From a bacterium (GTDB lineage Bacteria; SAR324; XYD2-FULL-50-16): a stretch of 64,000 nucleotides of DNA. The DNA is taken from assembly GCA_032250835.1 (NCBI GenBank), contig JAVVEA010000012.1, forward strand, positions 1 to 64,000, given 5' to 3'. The notes beneath the pieces were generated by a model. The model saw only the letters and a program-made list of their open reading frames with translations. It had not been told where the DNA came from and made no database searches. Made by a program: the position numbers and the translations under genes. Within the stretch, counting starts at the first letter, position 1. Every line of letters begins with the position of its first letter. Positions 37,988-49,700 of this stretch are shown piece after piece.

Positions 37988-40387
37988 ATGGACCTCAAGA
38001 AGCGTGCCCTCTCGCTCATCCCGCTAGACCGGATACTGCGCTGGTATCTGCGCCACAAAGACAAAGAATATTTACTCCGCTTCATCGACGGAATGGCCCA
38101 CATCGGCCAGCCGAGCCAAGTCTTTTTTCCGCCCGAACTATTTGAGCAAGGCGCTTCGCTCCTGCTTTCGGGCTTAAACAACACCCTGGCGATCCAATCA
38201 AACCCCAACTGGGTTTGGCCCTATTGGGTCGAGCGGCAGCAAGATCCCGAAGGGGACGACTTCGTGCCCACCGGGGTGAACTTGGTCTTAGGCAACCTGA
38301 CCCACCGTAACTGGACTTCTATCGGCATCAAAGGCAGCCGCCTCGAAGCGATGGTCGATCCAGTCGGGATGACCACCATAGAGCCCTTTGGTTGGTCGGT
38401 AATGCCCTTTGTGCGCTACCAAGACCAACTGGCCTTACCGCCCCGTCTAGCCGAGCAGAGCCAGCAAAAACTGGGTCCCGACCAGATTCCGGTGGTGGTT
38501 ACCTCATATAACTGCTTTAAAGACCTTGAATGGAGTTTCGAGGCTCAAGCGCTCTTGACCCAAGGCGAAGAGCTGGTTTGTTTCGCCCAGCGGTTTACCA
38601 ACCGCTCAAAGCAAACCCTCCGATTCACCGCCGGATTCGCCCTGCGGCCCTACAACGCGCTGACCATCGGGCACATCAACAAAATCAAATACAAAAACCA
38701 GCTTTGGCGCATCAACCGCCGCCCTGCGCTGTGGCTCCCGCGCCCGCCGGACCGTAGCTTTGCCGCTGGCGGCACCGAGCCCGACCCGCTCTTAGGCCAG
38801 ACCCAGGTCCCCCAAGTCAGCAAACTCCGCAGCCTTTCGGGCCTCTTGGCGGGCCAATCGGAATATGACCTCACCTTAAAACCCGGCGAAACCTTGGTGC
38901 TACGCGCGGCGGCCCCCATGGCCCGTCACGGGGCCTTGGAAAAACGCTTTGAGCATTTAAGCGAAGCGGCTCTGGCCCAAGCGGTGGACCGCTCTGTCGA
39001 TTTCTGGCAGCTGAGCCAGCGCCGGGGGATGAACTTAACGGTCCCTCGCCATGACCTGCAAGAGGCCTTCGGGGCGGTTAAAAACCACCTGCATGTCTTT
39101 GACGATGGGGACCGCTTCACGGCGGGTACTTACTTTTACCATTTTGAATGGCTGCGCGATTCGGCCTTTTTGGCGCTAGCCTTTGAGAACTTGGGCTTTT
39201 CTAAAGAAGTGGCCCAAAAGGTTCCGGGCTTTTTGAAGTTCCAAGACAAAGAAGGTTGTTTTAAAAGCCAAGACGGCGAATGGGACGGCCCCGGTCAAGC
39301 GATGGTTACCTTGATCCGCCACTTCACCCGCGCCGGTGACGACGAATCCCTGAAGCGGTATTTCTCTAAGCTCTACAAGTCCGCCCAGTGGATCGAAAAA
39401 ACCCGCCAGCTGAGCGCCAATGGCCCCGCCCCTCATGGCGGCCTGTTGCCTGCCGGGCTTTCGGCCGAGCACTTCGGCCCCAACGACCATTATTTTTGGG
39501 ACAACTTTTGGGGTTTAGCCGGCATGATGGCGTTGCTTGATGTAGCCCGGCGCTTAAACCTACGGACCGAAACGGCCTGGCTAGAAGATGCCTCAGGGCG
39601 CTACCGTGAGCGGATTTTTCAGGTCGCCGCCCAGGCTTCGTCCAAGGCTCCCGAAGGCGGCCTGCCCTGTTCCATCTACCGGCATTTAGACACCGCCGCC
39701 ATCGGCAATTTGGTGGCCCTTTGGCCGCTGGATTTGATCAGCCCCTTTGAATCCTGGGTGGGTCCGACGGTAGAGTTTTTATACCGCAACAACCTCAAAC
39801 AGGGACTCTTTTACCAGCAGATCATCCACACCGGCCTCAATGCCTACCTTTCGGTACAGTTCGCCCAGGTATTACTCGCCCGGGGCGACGAGCGGGTTTG
39901 GGAGGTGATCGAAGCGCTCTTGAAAATGGGCGGCCCGACCTACGTTTGGCCCGAGGCGATCCACCCCAAAAGCCACGGTGGCTGTATGGGCGACGGGGAC
40001 CATGGCTGGGCGGCGGCCGAGTTCGCCAACCTGATGCGCTGTCTTTTGGTGAAGGAACAACAAGGGGAATTGCTCTTCGGGTTGGGCTTACAGGCCGACT
40101 GGCTGAGTGAGGGCGCAAAAATTTCGATCCACGAGGCCCCCACCGATTTTGGCTTGGTTCATTGGGATCTGACCTGCAAACAAGAGCTCATGACCTTGAC
40201 TTGGTCGATCCAACGCGGCCCCTTGCAAACGCGTGCTTCGGCCTATTTGATGCTACCGCGCGGGCTGGTGAAGGGACCCCATTGGGGTCAAAATAAAACC
40301 CGGATCGCCCTTGAAGGCGAACAGGGCCAACTGACGCTGCTCCGGGCCGATGGCCTAGCGGCTCCACTCCAATCAAAAACGGCATGA
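37988..40387 (+). CDS. Six-hairpin glycoside hydrolase-like protein
   Basis: YHFEWLRDSA, EWDGPGQ, YFWDNFWGLAG, WPEAIHP...GDGDHGW. Confidence 0.75.
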   Translation: MDLKKRALSLIPLDRILRWYLRHKDKEYLLRFIDGMAHIGQPSQVFFPPELFEQGASLLLSGLNNTLAIQSNPNWVWPYWVERQQDPEGDDFVPTGVNLVLGNLTHRNWTSIGIKGSRLEAMVDPVGMTTIEPFGWSVMPFVRYQDQLALPPRLAEQSQQKLGPDQIPVVVTSYNCFKDLEWSFEAQALLTQGEELVCFAQRFTNRSKQTLRFTAGFALRPYNALTIGHINKIKYKNQLWRINRRPALWLPRPPDRSFAAGGTEPDPLLGQTQVPQVSKLRSLSGLLAGQSEYDLTLKPGETLVLRAAAPMARHGALEKRFEHLSEAALAQAVDRSVDFWQLSQRRGMNLTVPRHDLQEAFGAVKNHLHVFDDGDRFTAGTYFYHFEWLRDSAFLALAFENLGFSKEVAQKVPGFLKFQDKEGCFKSQDGEWDGPGQAMVTLIRHFTRAGDDESLKRYFSKLYKSAQWIEKTRQLSANGPAPHGGLLPAGLSAEHFGPNDHYFWDNFWGLAGMMALLDVARRLNLRTETAWLEDASGRYRERIFQVAAQASSKAPEGGLPCSIYRHLDTAAIGNLVALWPLDLISPFESWVGPTVEFLYRNNLKQGLFYQQIIHTGLNAYLSVQFAQVLLARGDERVWEVIEALLKMGGPTYVWPEAIHPKSHGGCMGDGDHGWAAAEFANLMRCLLVKEQQGELLFGLGLQADWLSEGAKISIHEAPTDFGLVHWDLTCKQELMTLTWSIQRGPLQTRASAYLMLPRGLVKGPHWGQNKTRIALEGEQGQLTLLRADGLAAPLQSKTA

Positions 40388-43062
40388 GCGCAAACTTCCA
40401 CAACCGAAATGCCTTGGCCTTTCAGGCCTATTTGGACCGGGCCCAGGGGGACTTCAAGCCCAGCGAGACGTTACGCTTCGACCCCCACTGCCACGACTTC
40501 AACTCCTCAGAGCCCGACGAGCTTTGGGGCCGCATCTTGCGGCTGCCTGAAACCTGGCTCTCTAGCGAAGACCTGCTGCGCAACCTGACGGCTCAGGGCT
40601 GCCAAGCCAAAACCATCACCAACCACAACAACGCGCTGAGTTGTTGGCAGATGATGGATAAAGGGCATGACATCTTGCCGGGCGCGGAGTTTACCTGCAC
40701 CTTCCCTGAGTGGACCTTAAAAATCCACGTGCTGGTTTATGGCTTCACGCCGGACCAGGAGGTCCGGTTGGCCAAGTTACGCAAGAACGTTTACCGCTTT
40801 GCTGCTTACTGCCGCCAAGAAAACCTCCCGACCATCTTGCCGCACCCCTTGTTTTTCTACCGCGAGGGCCAACAACCGCCGCCGGACCTGTTGGAAAAAT
40901 ACGCCATGCTCTTTGAGCGCTTTGAGGTGCTCAACGGACAGCGGGACGTCTGGCAGAATCACTTGACGGCCCGCTGGGTGGCGGGGATCGACGACGAAAA
41001 AATGCGGCGTTGGTCCAAAAAACATGGCCTGGACCCCGCCGAGTTTTGCAGCCATCCCTTCAAAAAGTCGGTTACCGGTGGCTCAGACGACCACATCGGG
41101 GCCTTTGCGGGCTCTTGCGGGACCTTGCTTGAAGTGCCCAACTTGGCCGAACGCTTAAAGACCGAGAAAGCCAGCGCTTTGGCTTTAGAAGCGTTGCGCG
41201 CAGGCCGCACCCGGCCCTTTGGCTTGATTGCCGAAGAAGAAAAATTGCACTTGGCGCTGCTCGATTACTTTGCCCAGGTGGCCCGTAACATCAAGGACCC
41301 CGGCATGCTCCGCTTGCTGCTGCACCGGGGCAGCACCAGCGACAAGCTTTCTTGTCTGGCCTTAGGCAACTTGATGATGGAGTTGCAGCGCCATAAATAC
41401 ACCATGAAGTTCTTCACCGTCTTCCACCAAGCCTTAGCGGGCAAAAGGCCGAGCTTTTTGCTCAAGCACAGCGTGGCGAAGGACTACAAACCCGCGATCC
41501 AGTGGATCGATCAATTGGCCACCGCCAAACAGGCGGGGATGGAGCCCTTCCAAAAGAGCCTTAAAAAGGTCTTGCCGGGCCTGTTCCGCAGCTTAGAGGA
41601 CATCTTGGTGCGCCGGGTCAAAGAAGAAGTATCCGGCGGTTTGGACCTTGAGGCCTTGACCCAGTTGGACGCCGAAGACTTGATCTTGCGCTTTGAAGCG
41701 CCCAGCCGCTTAAGGAGTTTGTTGGGCAGCGAGCCGACCCAGGGACGGCGCATGAGCGAGGTACACTTAGCCAAAACCTTGGACCGCCTGTCCTTCCCGG
41801 CCTTGGCATCTTTGGTCTTGGCCGGTTCGCTTTTGGGCAGCAGCCGGGCCCTTTACCAAAACCGCGAGTTCCTCAACCAAGTGGCCGCGAAGATCGACGC
41901 GCCCCAACACCCCAAGCGGGTTTTGTGGCTGACCGATAGCTTGGGCGATAAAAACGGGGTGGCTAAGGTGCTTGAAGCGACGTTGGACGAAGCCCGGCGG
42001 CGCGACCTGCCGATTGATTTTTTGGTCTGCGACTCTGAGATGGAATCGGGCGAACACTTACATGTCTTAAAACCGCTGGTTGAGTTTGATTTGCCCCAGT
42101 TCGGGGGACAAAAGTTCCGCGTCCCGGACCTGTTAGAGGTCCACCAACTCTTCCAGGAAGGCGGCTATGACCGGATTGTCTGTTCTACCGAGTTGTTGAT
42201 GGGGCCGGTGGCGCTGTTCCTTAAAGAAGCCTTTAAGGTGCCCGCCCATTTCTTTATGCACACCGACTGGCTCGATTTCGCCCACCGTAGTTTGGGGCTG
42301 GACCAGCAGGGGCAAGACCGGGTCCGGCGTCTGCTGCGCGCCCTTTATTCGCGCTTCGATGGCATCTTTGCGTTAAACAAAGAGCATGGCGATTGGTTGG
42401 CCAGCAGCCAGATGGAGATCCCGGCCGATCAGATCCATTTAACCGCCCATTGGGTGGATCAGCGGTTCACCCCCCAAGCCGGTGCGCGGGCCCGCTTTTT
42501 TGGCGACCTGGACCCCAAGGCCCCGGTGCTGCTCTTTGCCGGGCGGCTCTCGAAGGAAAAAGGGGTGATGGACCTGCCTTACTTGTACGAGAAATTGCAG
42601 GAGCAGTACCCCAGCGCCCAGATGGTTTTTGCCGGGAGCGGCCCGGCTGAGGCAGCGCTCAAAGCAGCCATGCCCCAGGCCCGTTTTTTGGGCTGGGTCG
42701 ATTCCGCCCAATTACCGGAGCTTTACTCGGCGGTGGATTTGCTGCTACTGCCCTCTAGGTTCGACACCTTTGGCTGTGTCGTTTTAGAAGCACTCAGTTG
42801 CGGTACGCCCGTTGCCGCTTATGACACCAAGGGCCCTAGAGATATATTGTCACAAGGCGGGGGGATTTTGGCCGACAACGCGAAAGAATTGGCCGCTAAG
42901 ATTTTAGCGCAATTGCAAAGCCCCTCGGGGCTGAAGTCCCTGCACCGGCCTGCCTTGCAGCGTTCGCAAGATTACCAAGCCCAAGAGATTATGGACCAGT
43001 TGCTTAGCGACTTAGGCTTGCCACAAGAACCAAAGACCCAGAAGGTTTCGCTGGCAGGTTAG
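40384..43062 (+). CDS. PHP-domain + glycosyltransferase family 4 fusion
   Basis: DPHCH, TITNHN and GGSDDH (PHP); NGVA, AGRLSKEKG and PSRFDTFGCVVLEA (GT4). Confidence 0.85.
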   Translation: MSANFHNRNALAFQAYLDRAQGDFKPSETLRFDPHCHDFNSSEPDELWGRILRLPETWLSSEDLLRNLTAQGCQAKTITNHNNALSCWQMMDKGHDILPGAEFTCTFPEWTLKIHVLVYGFTPDQEVRLAKLRKNVYRFAAYCRQENLPTILPHPLFFYREGQQPPPDLLEKYAMLFERFEVLNGQRDVWQNHLTARWVAGIDDEKMRRWSKKHGLDPAEFCSHPFKKSVTGGSDDHIGAFAGSCGTLLEVPNLAERLKTEKASALALEALRAGRTRPFGLIAEEEKLHLALLDYFAQVARNIKDPGMLRLLLHRGSTSDKLSCLALGNLMMELQRHKYTMKFFTVFHQALAGKRPSFLLKHSVAKDYKPAIQWIDQLATAKQAGMEPFQKSLKKVLPGLFRSLEDILVRRVKEEVSGGLDLEALTQLDAEDLILRFEAPSRLRSLLGSEPTQGRRMSEVHLAKTLDRLSFPALASLVLAGSLLGSSRALYQNREFLNQVAAKIDAPQHPKRVLWLTDSLGDKNGVAKVLEATLDEARRRDLPIDFLVCDSEMESGEHLHVLKPLVEFDLPQFGGQKFRVPDLLEVHQLFQEGGYDRIVCSTELLMGPVALFLKEAFKVPAHFFMHTDWLDFAHRSLGLDQQGQDRVRRLLRALYSRFDGIFALNKEHGDWLASSQMEIPADQIHLTAHWVDQRFTPQAGARARFFGDLDPKAPVLLFAGRLSKEKGVMDLPYLYEKLQEQYPSAQMVFAGSGPAEAALKAAMPQARFLGWVDSAQLPELYSAVDLLLLPSRFDTFGCVVLEALSCGTPVAAYDTKGPRDILSQGGGILADNAKELAAKILAQLQSPSGLKSLHRPALQRSQDYQAQEIMDQLLSDLGLPQEPKTQKVSLAG

Positions 43063-43323
43063 GTCGCGCTCTAGGGCCCATTCGGGAAAAAGCGCCGGGG
43101 CTTTTTTGGGCTCTTAGCGAGCGCTAGGCCCCGGAAGGATAAAAAGACTTGGGGGGTGCGGTTATGCTGCGCCCCCTACCGAGAACTTTGAGAGCGAAGG
43201 GCGGGCACTGCGGGTTTGGCCCAGCCGCCGAACCCCTCTGCCCCCGGGGCACAAAATTACTGGAAACATTCAAGGAAAGGGCGTCTTTCTTTGGCTAGCA
43301 AAGCCGCTAAAAGGACCATTTGC

Positions 43324-44220
43324 TTAAGTCAGGTTGCGTTGCGGCGTCAAATTACGCACATCCACACTGACCTTGAGTTGGTGGCTTCCGCCGCCGTAGA
43401 TCACGCCTTTGAGCGGCGTTACGTCGGCGAAGTCGCGGCCCCAGGCGCAGGTGATGTGGCGGTCATTGGGGATCAAGTTGTTGGTGGGGTCGAAATCCAC
43501 CCAGCCTTCGTGGGGCACATAGACCGAGAACCAAGCGTGGGAGGCGTCCACCCCGACCAGCTTGGGCTTGCCGACCGGCGGTTGGGTTTCTAAATAGCCG
43601 CTCACGTACCTAGCCGCCAGCCCCATGGACCGCACGCAGGCAATGGCCAGATGGGCGAAGTCTTGGCAGACCCCTTGGCGCTTGGCCAAAACCTGGGTCA
43701 AAGGGGTGGAGATGGTGGTGGAGCCCGAAACATAGGCAAAATCTCGGTAGATCCGCCCCATCAAGTCCACCACTGCGTCCATTAAGATCCTCCCCGGCCA
43801 GAAGCTAGGCAGAGCGTACTCGTGCACCTCGGGGATTTGGGGCAGTTGGGGTGATGCGAAGGTGAATCCCTTGGCGTCAATCAGCTTGGCAGTGGTCGGC
43901 TTAGCTAAGATCGCTACCGCCTCTTCCCAGGGGGCTAGATGGTCGCCCGAGACGGGGGCGTCTAAGGTTTCGACGGTAACCAAGGAACTCATGGTGACCA
44001 TCATCTTCTGGTGCGGTTCTTGGAGCGTAAAGAAACTAACCTTATTGCCGAAGATGTCGCGCCGCTCGCTATAGTCCTGTGCCCTGGGCGAAACGGAAAT
44101 CTCGCTTTTTTGGCAAATCTGGTGGCTGAAACTGCGCGGGCAGAGCCTCGCCTCGTTGTAACTCTGACTGACCGGTTCGGCGTATTCGTATTCGGTGCGG
44201 TGGGTGATTTCGTAGATCAC
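43324..44220 (-). CDS. Transglutaminase family protein
   Basis: GVCQDFAH, ARYVSGYL, SHAW, FDPTN; GTG start overlapping the upstream stop. Confidence 0.95.
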   Translation of the reverse strand: MIYEITHRTEYEYAEPVSQSYNEARLCPRSFSHQICQKSEISVSPRAQDYSERRDIFGNKVSFFTLQEPHQKMMVTMSSLVTVETLDAPVSGDHLAPWEEAVAILAKPTTAKLIDAKGFTFASPQLPQIPEVHEYALPSFWPGRILMDAVVDLMGRIYRDFAYVSGSTTISTPLTQVLAKRQGVCQDFAHLAIACVRSMGLAARYVSGYLETQPPVGKPKLVGVDASHAWFSVYVPHEGWVDFDPTNNLIPNDRHITCAWGRDFADVTPLKGVIYGGGSHQLKVSVDVRNLTPQRNLT

Positions 44221-46760
44221 AGGGCTTCCTCCGTACCGGTCAACTGGTGGCGTTTGATGGCATGAGCAAAGTAGGCATTGTTGATGTAGTCCGAAGCCTC
44301 GGCAAGGCATTGGGCGATCTCGTCGCAGAGGGCATCCAGACCAGCACGGCGGCCATCCACCTCGCGGACCAACTCGTTCATGTCACTTAAGTTTAAGGCC
44401 GTATAGGCTTTCAGGATCAACTTGCCTTCTTCTTTGATGCCCTGACCAATCTTAAAGGGCGGAAGGAACTTTAGGTGTTCGGACAAGGATTCTAGCTGGA
44501 ACAACACCGAGCGCGGGTTTTGGCCGTTGATCAACAGAAACCTTAAGATGTCTTTGGACCCAAAATTGGTGTGGTGCAGCCTGCGGTAAGAGATCAGGCT
44601 TTCCATCGCGGTCAGCAGCGTCTCTTTGGCAATCTGGCCCACAATGGACTCATCAGCTTCGCCGACCATGCTGGGGATCAAAGAAACGGCCAAGGTAGCG
44701 CGCTCTAAGCGCCGCCCCAACATCAGCAAACGCCAACCCAGGTCTTGGGTCATGTTTTCAATGTTTTGGCCCGAAAAAGCGGCGAGCGGCACCACCGCAC
44801 GGTCGAGGTCGATCAACAGACGATTCAAACCAATCCGTTCGGTATTCGCCAGATGGTCCAGCGCCTGTTTGAGCTGGTTTAAGATGCGCCAGGTGTCGTT
44901 AGACCAACGCTCGCGCACCGAAAAGGTGGCCTGCATCAGTGAGCGTAGGTTATAAGCCAAGGTGCCGGGCCGGTTGGCGTTACCCACCACGTCCAGCAAT
45001 TCGGCCTTAGGGTGGGCCAATCGTTCTTCGGGCTCTTCTTCGACAAAGCCAGGGTAGGTATTGGTCAGGCGGGTTAGGGCCTGTAACATAATCGCCAAGG
45101 CTTCTTGGTCGGCCTGGGAATCAAAATCAGAAATCTGGTTGAAGTGCTGGACCACAATCCGGATGAACCGGACCGTCTGTTCGGCCCGCTCAGCGTAGCG
45201 CCCGACCCAAAATAGCTGCTGAGCGCTGCGAGAAGACAGGGTGGTCATCTGCTCGTTGATGCGCTCCGAGGTATCTAGTTGGGGGCGCGGGTTGAAGCTG
45301 AGCATGCGGTGACCCAAGACCCAGGTGTCTTTGGCGACTGCGTCGCTCTGGTGCGGGACCACCGTAACGTCTTGGTTGGTAGCGCAGCGCGAAAGCCCGC
45401 CGGGCATGACGTGGTATTCATCGTCCTTGGCGGTCAGGAAAAACCGGGTCATCAGGTGGCGCGGCTCGATCCCTTCGGCCCCTAAGATCGGAGAGGTCGA
45501 GGTATTGAGCACCCGCTGGCCCACGTAGCTCGAAGGATTGGCCTGGATCTTCGCCGCCCATTCGGCCCGCTCGGCGGGGCTGAGTGCAAAGCCAAGGGTC
45601 GAGGCCATGCCCACGGGACGGAAAACCGGCGAGAGCATCATTTGGTCCATCTCGTCCAGAACCGTCCGGAGGCCCTCAGGTTGACCGCACCAATAGGTAT
45701 CGGGCATGGGCAAAAGCAGATCTTCTCCCAGCAATTCCTTGGCAATTGCGGGCAAAAAGGGAAACAGGGCGGGGTTTTCTAAAATCCCCGCCCCGGCGGG
45801 GTTGATCAAGGTAACGGTCTTGCGACGCACCGCTTCGATCAAGCCGGGCACCCCATAAAAGGCGTCGGATTCGATTTCTAGGGGGTCCAAGTGGCGGTCT
45901 TCAATCCGCCGCAAGATGATGTCCACCGGCTTGAGGCCGTCTAAGGACTTCATAAAAATACGGCCATCACGGAAGATCAGGTCTTCGCCCTGAACCAACG
46001 TGATCCCCAAATAAGACGCCAGATAGGCGTTTTCAAAATGATTCTCTTGCTCGGGGCCTCGGGCCAACAGCACCAAGTTGGGTTCGCCCCGGGTTTCGGG
46101 GGCGTTCTCTACCATCCCTTCTTGCAGCAAGTTAAAGAACTCACTCAAGCGGCGGATGCGGTAGCGGGTGAAAAAGTCGGGCATCGCCTTGGCCATGGCC
46201 TTGCGGTTCTCGATGGCATACCCCGCACCGGGCGTTTCTTGGGTATGGTCGCGGACCACAAAAAATCGGCCATCGGGGCCACGGGCAATATCGGCGGCAT
46301 ACTGGATTAGAGGGGTGTCCCAGTTTTCGTACAGCTTGTCGCAGGCACGGATAAAATGAGAATGCTGGTGGACCAGTTCTAGCGGCAAGAGACCCAAGCG
46401 GATCAAGCGGCGCGGGCCGTATAGGTCTTTAAAAAGCTCGTTGAGAAGGCGGGCGCGTTGTTTGAGCGCCGCCTCTAAAAAGGCCCATTCGCCTTCTTGG
46501 ACCATCGAAGGGAGGCCGTCGAACTGCCAAGGGCGCATGCCCATCTGTTGGAAGTCTCCAACCTCATAGGTGACCCCGGTCTCACGTAGCAACAATTGGG
46601 CTTGCTGGTGGGTGCGGTAGAGCTCGTCAAAGCCCATAGACTCCCAATCGCCGACCATGTTCTTCCAGTGGTCGCGGAGGCTGCCATCAGGAAAAAACCA
46701 CTCGTCAAACCCACCGGGAGGTTGCCGGTAAGCCTTAAACAGTTTGGCGCCTTGATTCAT
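44217..46760 (-). CDS. Circularly permuted type 2 ATP-grasp + alpha-E fusion
   Basis: QRARLLN, PGAGYAIENR, DPLE, MPGGL, KDTWV; WVGRYAERAE and GRRLER (alpha-E). Confidence 0.92.
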   Translation of the reverse strand: MNQGAKLFKAYRQPPGGFDEWFFPDGSLRDHWKNMVGDWESMGFDELYRTHQQAQLLLRETGVTYEVGDFQQMGMRPWQFDGLPSMVQEGEWAFLEAALKQRARLLNELFKDLYGPRRLIRLGLLPLELVHQHSHFIRACDKLYENWDTPLIQYAADIARGPDGRFFVVRDHTQETPGAGYAIENRKAMAKAMPDFFTRYRIRRLSEFFNLLQEGMVENAPETRGEPNLVLLARGPEQENHFENAYLASYLGITLVQGEDLIFRDGRIFMKSLDGLKPVDIILRRIEDRHLDPLEIESDAFYGVPGLIEAVRRKTVTLINPAGAGILENPALFPFLPAIAKELLGEDLLLPMPDTYWCGQPEGLRTVLDEMDQMMLSPVFRPVGMASTLGFALSPAERAEWAAKIQANPSSYVGQRVLNTSTSPILGAEGIEPRHLMTRFFLTAKDDEYHVMPGGLSRCATNQDVTVVPHQSDAVAKDTWVLGHRMLSFNPRPQLDTSERINEQMTTLSSRSAQQLFWVGRYAERAEQTVRFIRIVVQHFNQISDFDSQADQEALAIMLQALTRLTNTYPGFVEEEPEERLAHPKAELLDVVGNANRPGTLAYNLRSLMQATFSVRERWSNDTWRILNQLKQALDHLANTERIGLNRLLIDLDRAVVPLAAFSGQNIENMTQDLGWRLLMLGRRLERATLAVSLIPSMVGEADESIVGQIAKETLLTAMESLISYRRLHHTNFGSKDILRFLLINGQNPRSVLFQLESLSEHLKFLPPFKIGQGIKEEGKLILKAYTALNLSDMNELVREVDGRRAGLDALCDEIAQCLAEASDYINNAYFAHAIKRHQLTGTEEAL

Positions 46761-49700
46761 CGAAGTCTAAGGTCCAGAGTGTAGGGGTATTCAGCATTGC
46801 GGACCGGTGGTTTGATCTCCACGGGATTGGGGTCAAAGGCTTTGGGCTCTACATAGTTCCCGCTTTTTATTTTTCCTGGTCCGGCGGGCATCTGAGGCAC
46901 CGCGGCGACTAGTTGCTCCGGCGTGTGGCCAAAGTCCCAGAATCGGTTGATCCGCCGTGACTCCGCTTCAAAGGAATTGACCGGGAAGACTTCATAGCTA
47001 CGTCCGCCGGGGTGGGTCACGAAATAATTGCAACCGCCCAGGATGGTCTTGTTACGCAGGTCCACTAGGTCAAAGGTCAGCTTGGGCTCCACCGGGATAT
47101 TGGGGTGCAACGCCGAAGGGGGATTCCAGGCCAAATGCCGGATGCCCGCCACATATTCGCCTTCCGTACCCGTCGAAACCATGGGCACCGGGCGTCCGTT
47201 GCATTGTAACTGGAAGCGCTCGGGGATGAACCCAAACAGTTTGACCTGCAACCGCTCGACCGAAGAATCCACAAACCGCGCGGTGCCTTGGCTGGTCACT
47301 TCTTCACCCAAAACGTTCCAGGGCTCAATGCCCATGGTCAGTTCCATCTTGACCTCACCCACCTGCACCCGGCCATAGAGCGGGAAGCGGAACTCCAAGA
47401 AGGGAGCCAGCCATTCTAACTGGAAGGGGAAGCCCGCCCGTTGTAGGTCTTGGGTTACTTCCTTCATGTCTTCCCAGATATAATGAGGCAACATGAACTT
47501 ATCATGCAGTTGGGTGCCCCACCGCACCAGTTGCCCTTCATAGGGCTTCTGCCAAAAGTGCGCCAGCAGAGTGCGGATCAACAGCAGCTGGGTGAGGTTC
47601 ATCTGGTAATGGGGCGGCATCTCATAACCCCTAAACTCCAAAAGCCCCAACCGGCCCGTGGGGCTGTCTGGCGAATAGAGCTTATCGATGCAGAACTCAG
47701 CCCGGTGCGTGTTGCCCGAGATGTCCACCAGCAGGTTACGCAGGATGCGGTCCACCAGCCAAGGCTGGGAGACGTTGCCTTTAGGCAGTTGCGAGAAGGC
47801 CAACTCCAACTCAAACAAGATGGCGTCGCGCCCTTCGTCCACCCGAGGAGCCTGAGAGGTAGGGCCCACAAAAAGGCCCGAGAAGAGGTACGACAAACCG
47901 GGGTGGTGCTGCCAATAGGTGATCAGGCTCCGCAACAGGTCGGGTCGGCGCAACAGCGGGCTGTCGGCGGGGGTCGCCCCGCCTAAGGTGACGTGGTTGC
48001 CGCCGCCGGTACCGGTGGGGCGGCCGTCGAGCATGTACTTTTCCGAACCCAGCCGGGCTAGCCGGGCCTGTTCGTAAAGCGACTTGGTCTTGTCGACCAA
48101 CTCCCCCCAAGAGCGGGAAGGGTGGACGTTGACCTCAATGACGCCAGGGTCCGGGGTGATCATGAATTTCTCGATCCGCCGGTCTGGCGGGGGATCGTAA
48201 CCTTCCAAGATCACCTTAATACCCGTTTCTTTCGAGGCCTGCTCCACCAACCGGACCATCGCCGCAAAGGGCTCAAGGTCCTTAAAGGGCGGCAAGAACA
48301 AGAACAGGCGGCCTTCGCGGACCTCTAGGGTCATGGCCGTTTGGATCGTTTCGGTCCAAAGGTCCACTTGGGGCGTTTTGAGGTAGTCGGCGGGATTTTC
48401 CAACAGCGGGGGGACCTCTTCGAAGAGGCTCCGTTCGGCTTCGATTTGCTTTTTTTCTTCTTCGGTCAGCGCCAAGCGGTCTAAGGGTAGTCGGAAGCCC
48501 GCCGCCGAATTGCCGGGCACCAAAAAGAGCTGTTCGGTGCGGAATTTCCATTTGGAACTTTGGAAACAGCTAAACTCGCGGTTCCATTTAAGCGGCATGA
48601 CCAAAGCCGCCTCTTGCCCCAGGTCGTCCATCAAGAGTTCGGCCAGTTTGCGCCGCTCCAGCGGATCTTTTAGCCCCGCTTTGCGGGGGTCTAAGTTGGT
48701 GGGGACGCGGCCCTCTTCCCAGGCAAAATAGACAACGTCTTCAAAGGCATCGATCCAAAAAGAATCGGGCACCTGAATGGCCTGGCTCAGCGCTTTCGCA
48801 AATTTGCGGGCCTGTTTACGGCCATAGTTTAATTCTTCGGTGTCCAAGGCTTGTAGGCTCGGGTCTTGCCAAAGCGGCAACCCGTCTTTGCGCCAATAAC
48901 AGGCCTTTTTCCAGCGGGGCAGCGGCTCGCCAGGATACCACTTCCCTTGGCCAAACTGCAACAAAGCGCCAGGGGCCCATTGCTCCTTGAGGCGGATCAG
49001 CAGGTCGTTAGACAGTTGGCGCTTGTGTTTGCCATCGGCGTCGGTATTCCACTGGGCGGCTTCGTAGTCGTCGACAGACACAAAGGTGGGTTCTCCGCCG
49101 ATGGTCAGGCGCACGTCTTCTTGTTCTAAAACGTGGTCGACCTGATAGCCCAATTGGTCGATCCGCGCCCAAGTGGCTTCGTCGTAAGGTTTGGTGATCC
49201 GGGGGTCCTCGTGGATACGGATGACCTTATTCTCAAAAGAGAAGTCTACCTCACAAGGGTCGGTCGCGCCGGTGATGGCCGCCGCCGATTGGGGGTCTGG
49301 GGTGGCCGAAAGGGGGATGTGTCCCTCGCCAGCGAAGAGCCCGCTGGTCGGGTCGAGCCCCACCCAGCCAGCACCGGGAAGGTATACTTCGCACCAAGCA
49401 TGTAAATCGGTAAAGTCCGCTTCGGGGCCACTAGGGCCGTCGAGCGACTTTTCGTCGGTCTTGAGTTGCACCAAATAGCCCGAGACGAAACGTGCCGCCA
49501 GACCTAAATGCCGCAGCACCTCCACCAGCAACCAAGCAAAATCGCGGCAAGAGCCCGAATGTTTGGTTAGAGTCTCTTCACAGGTCTGGATGCCCGGTTC
49601 CAGGCGGATATTATAAGAAAGGTCCTGATAAACCTTTTGGTTGATGTTCACCAAAAAGTCGACAATCGGCACCTTTTTATGCCCCTTGACCTGCAAAGCC

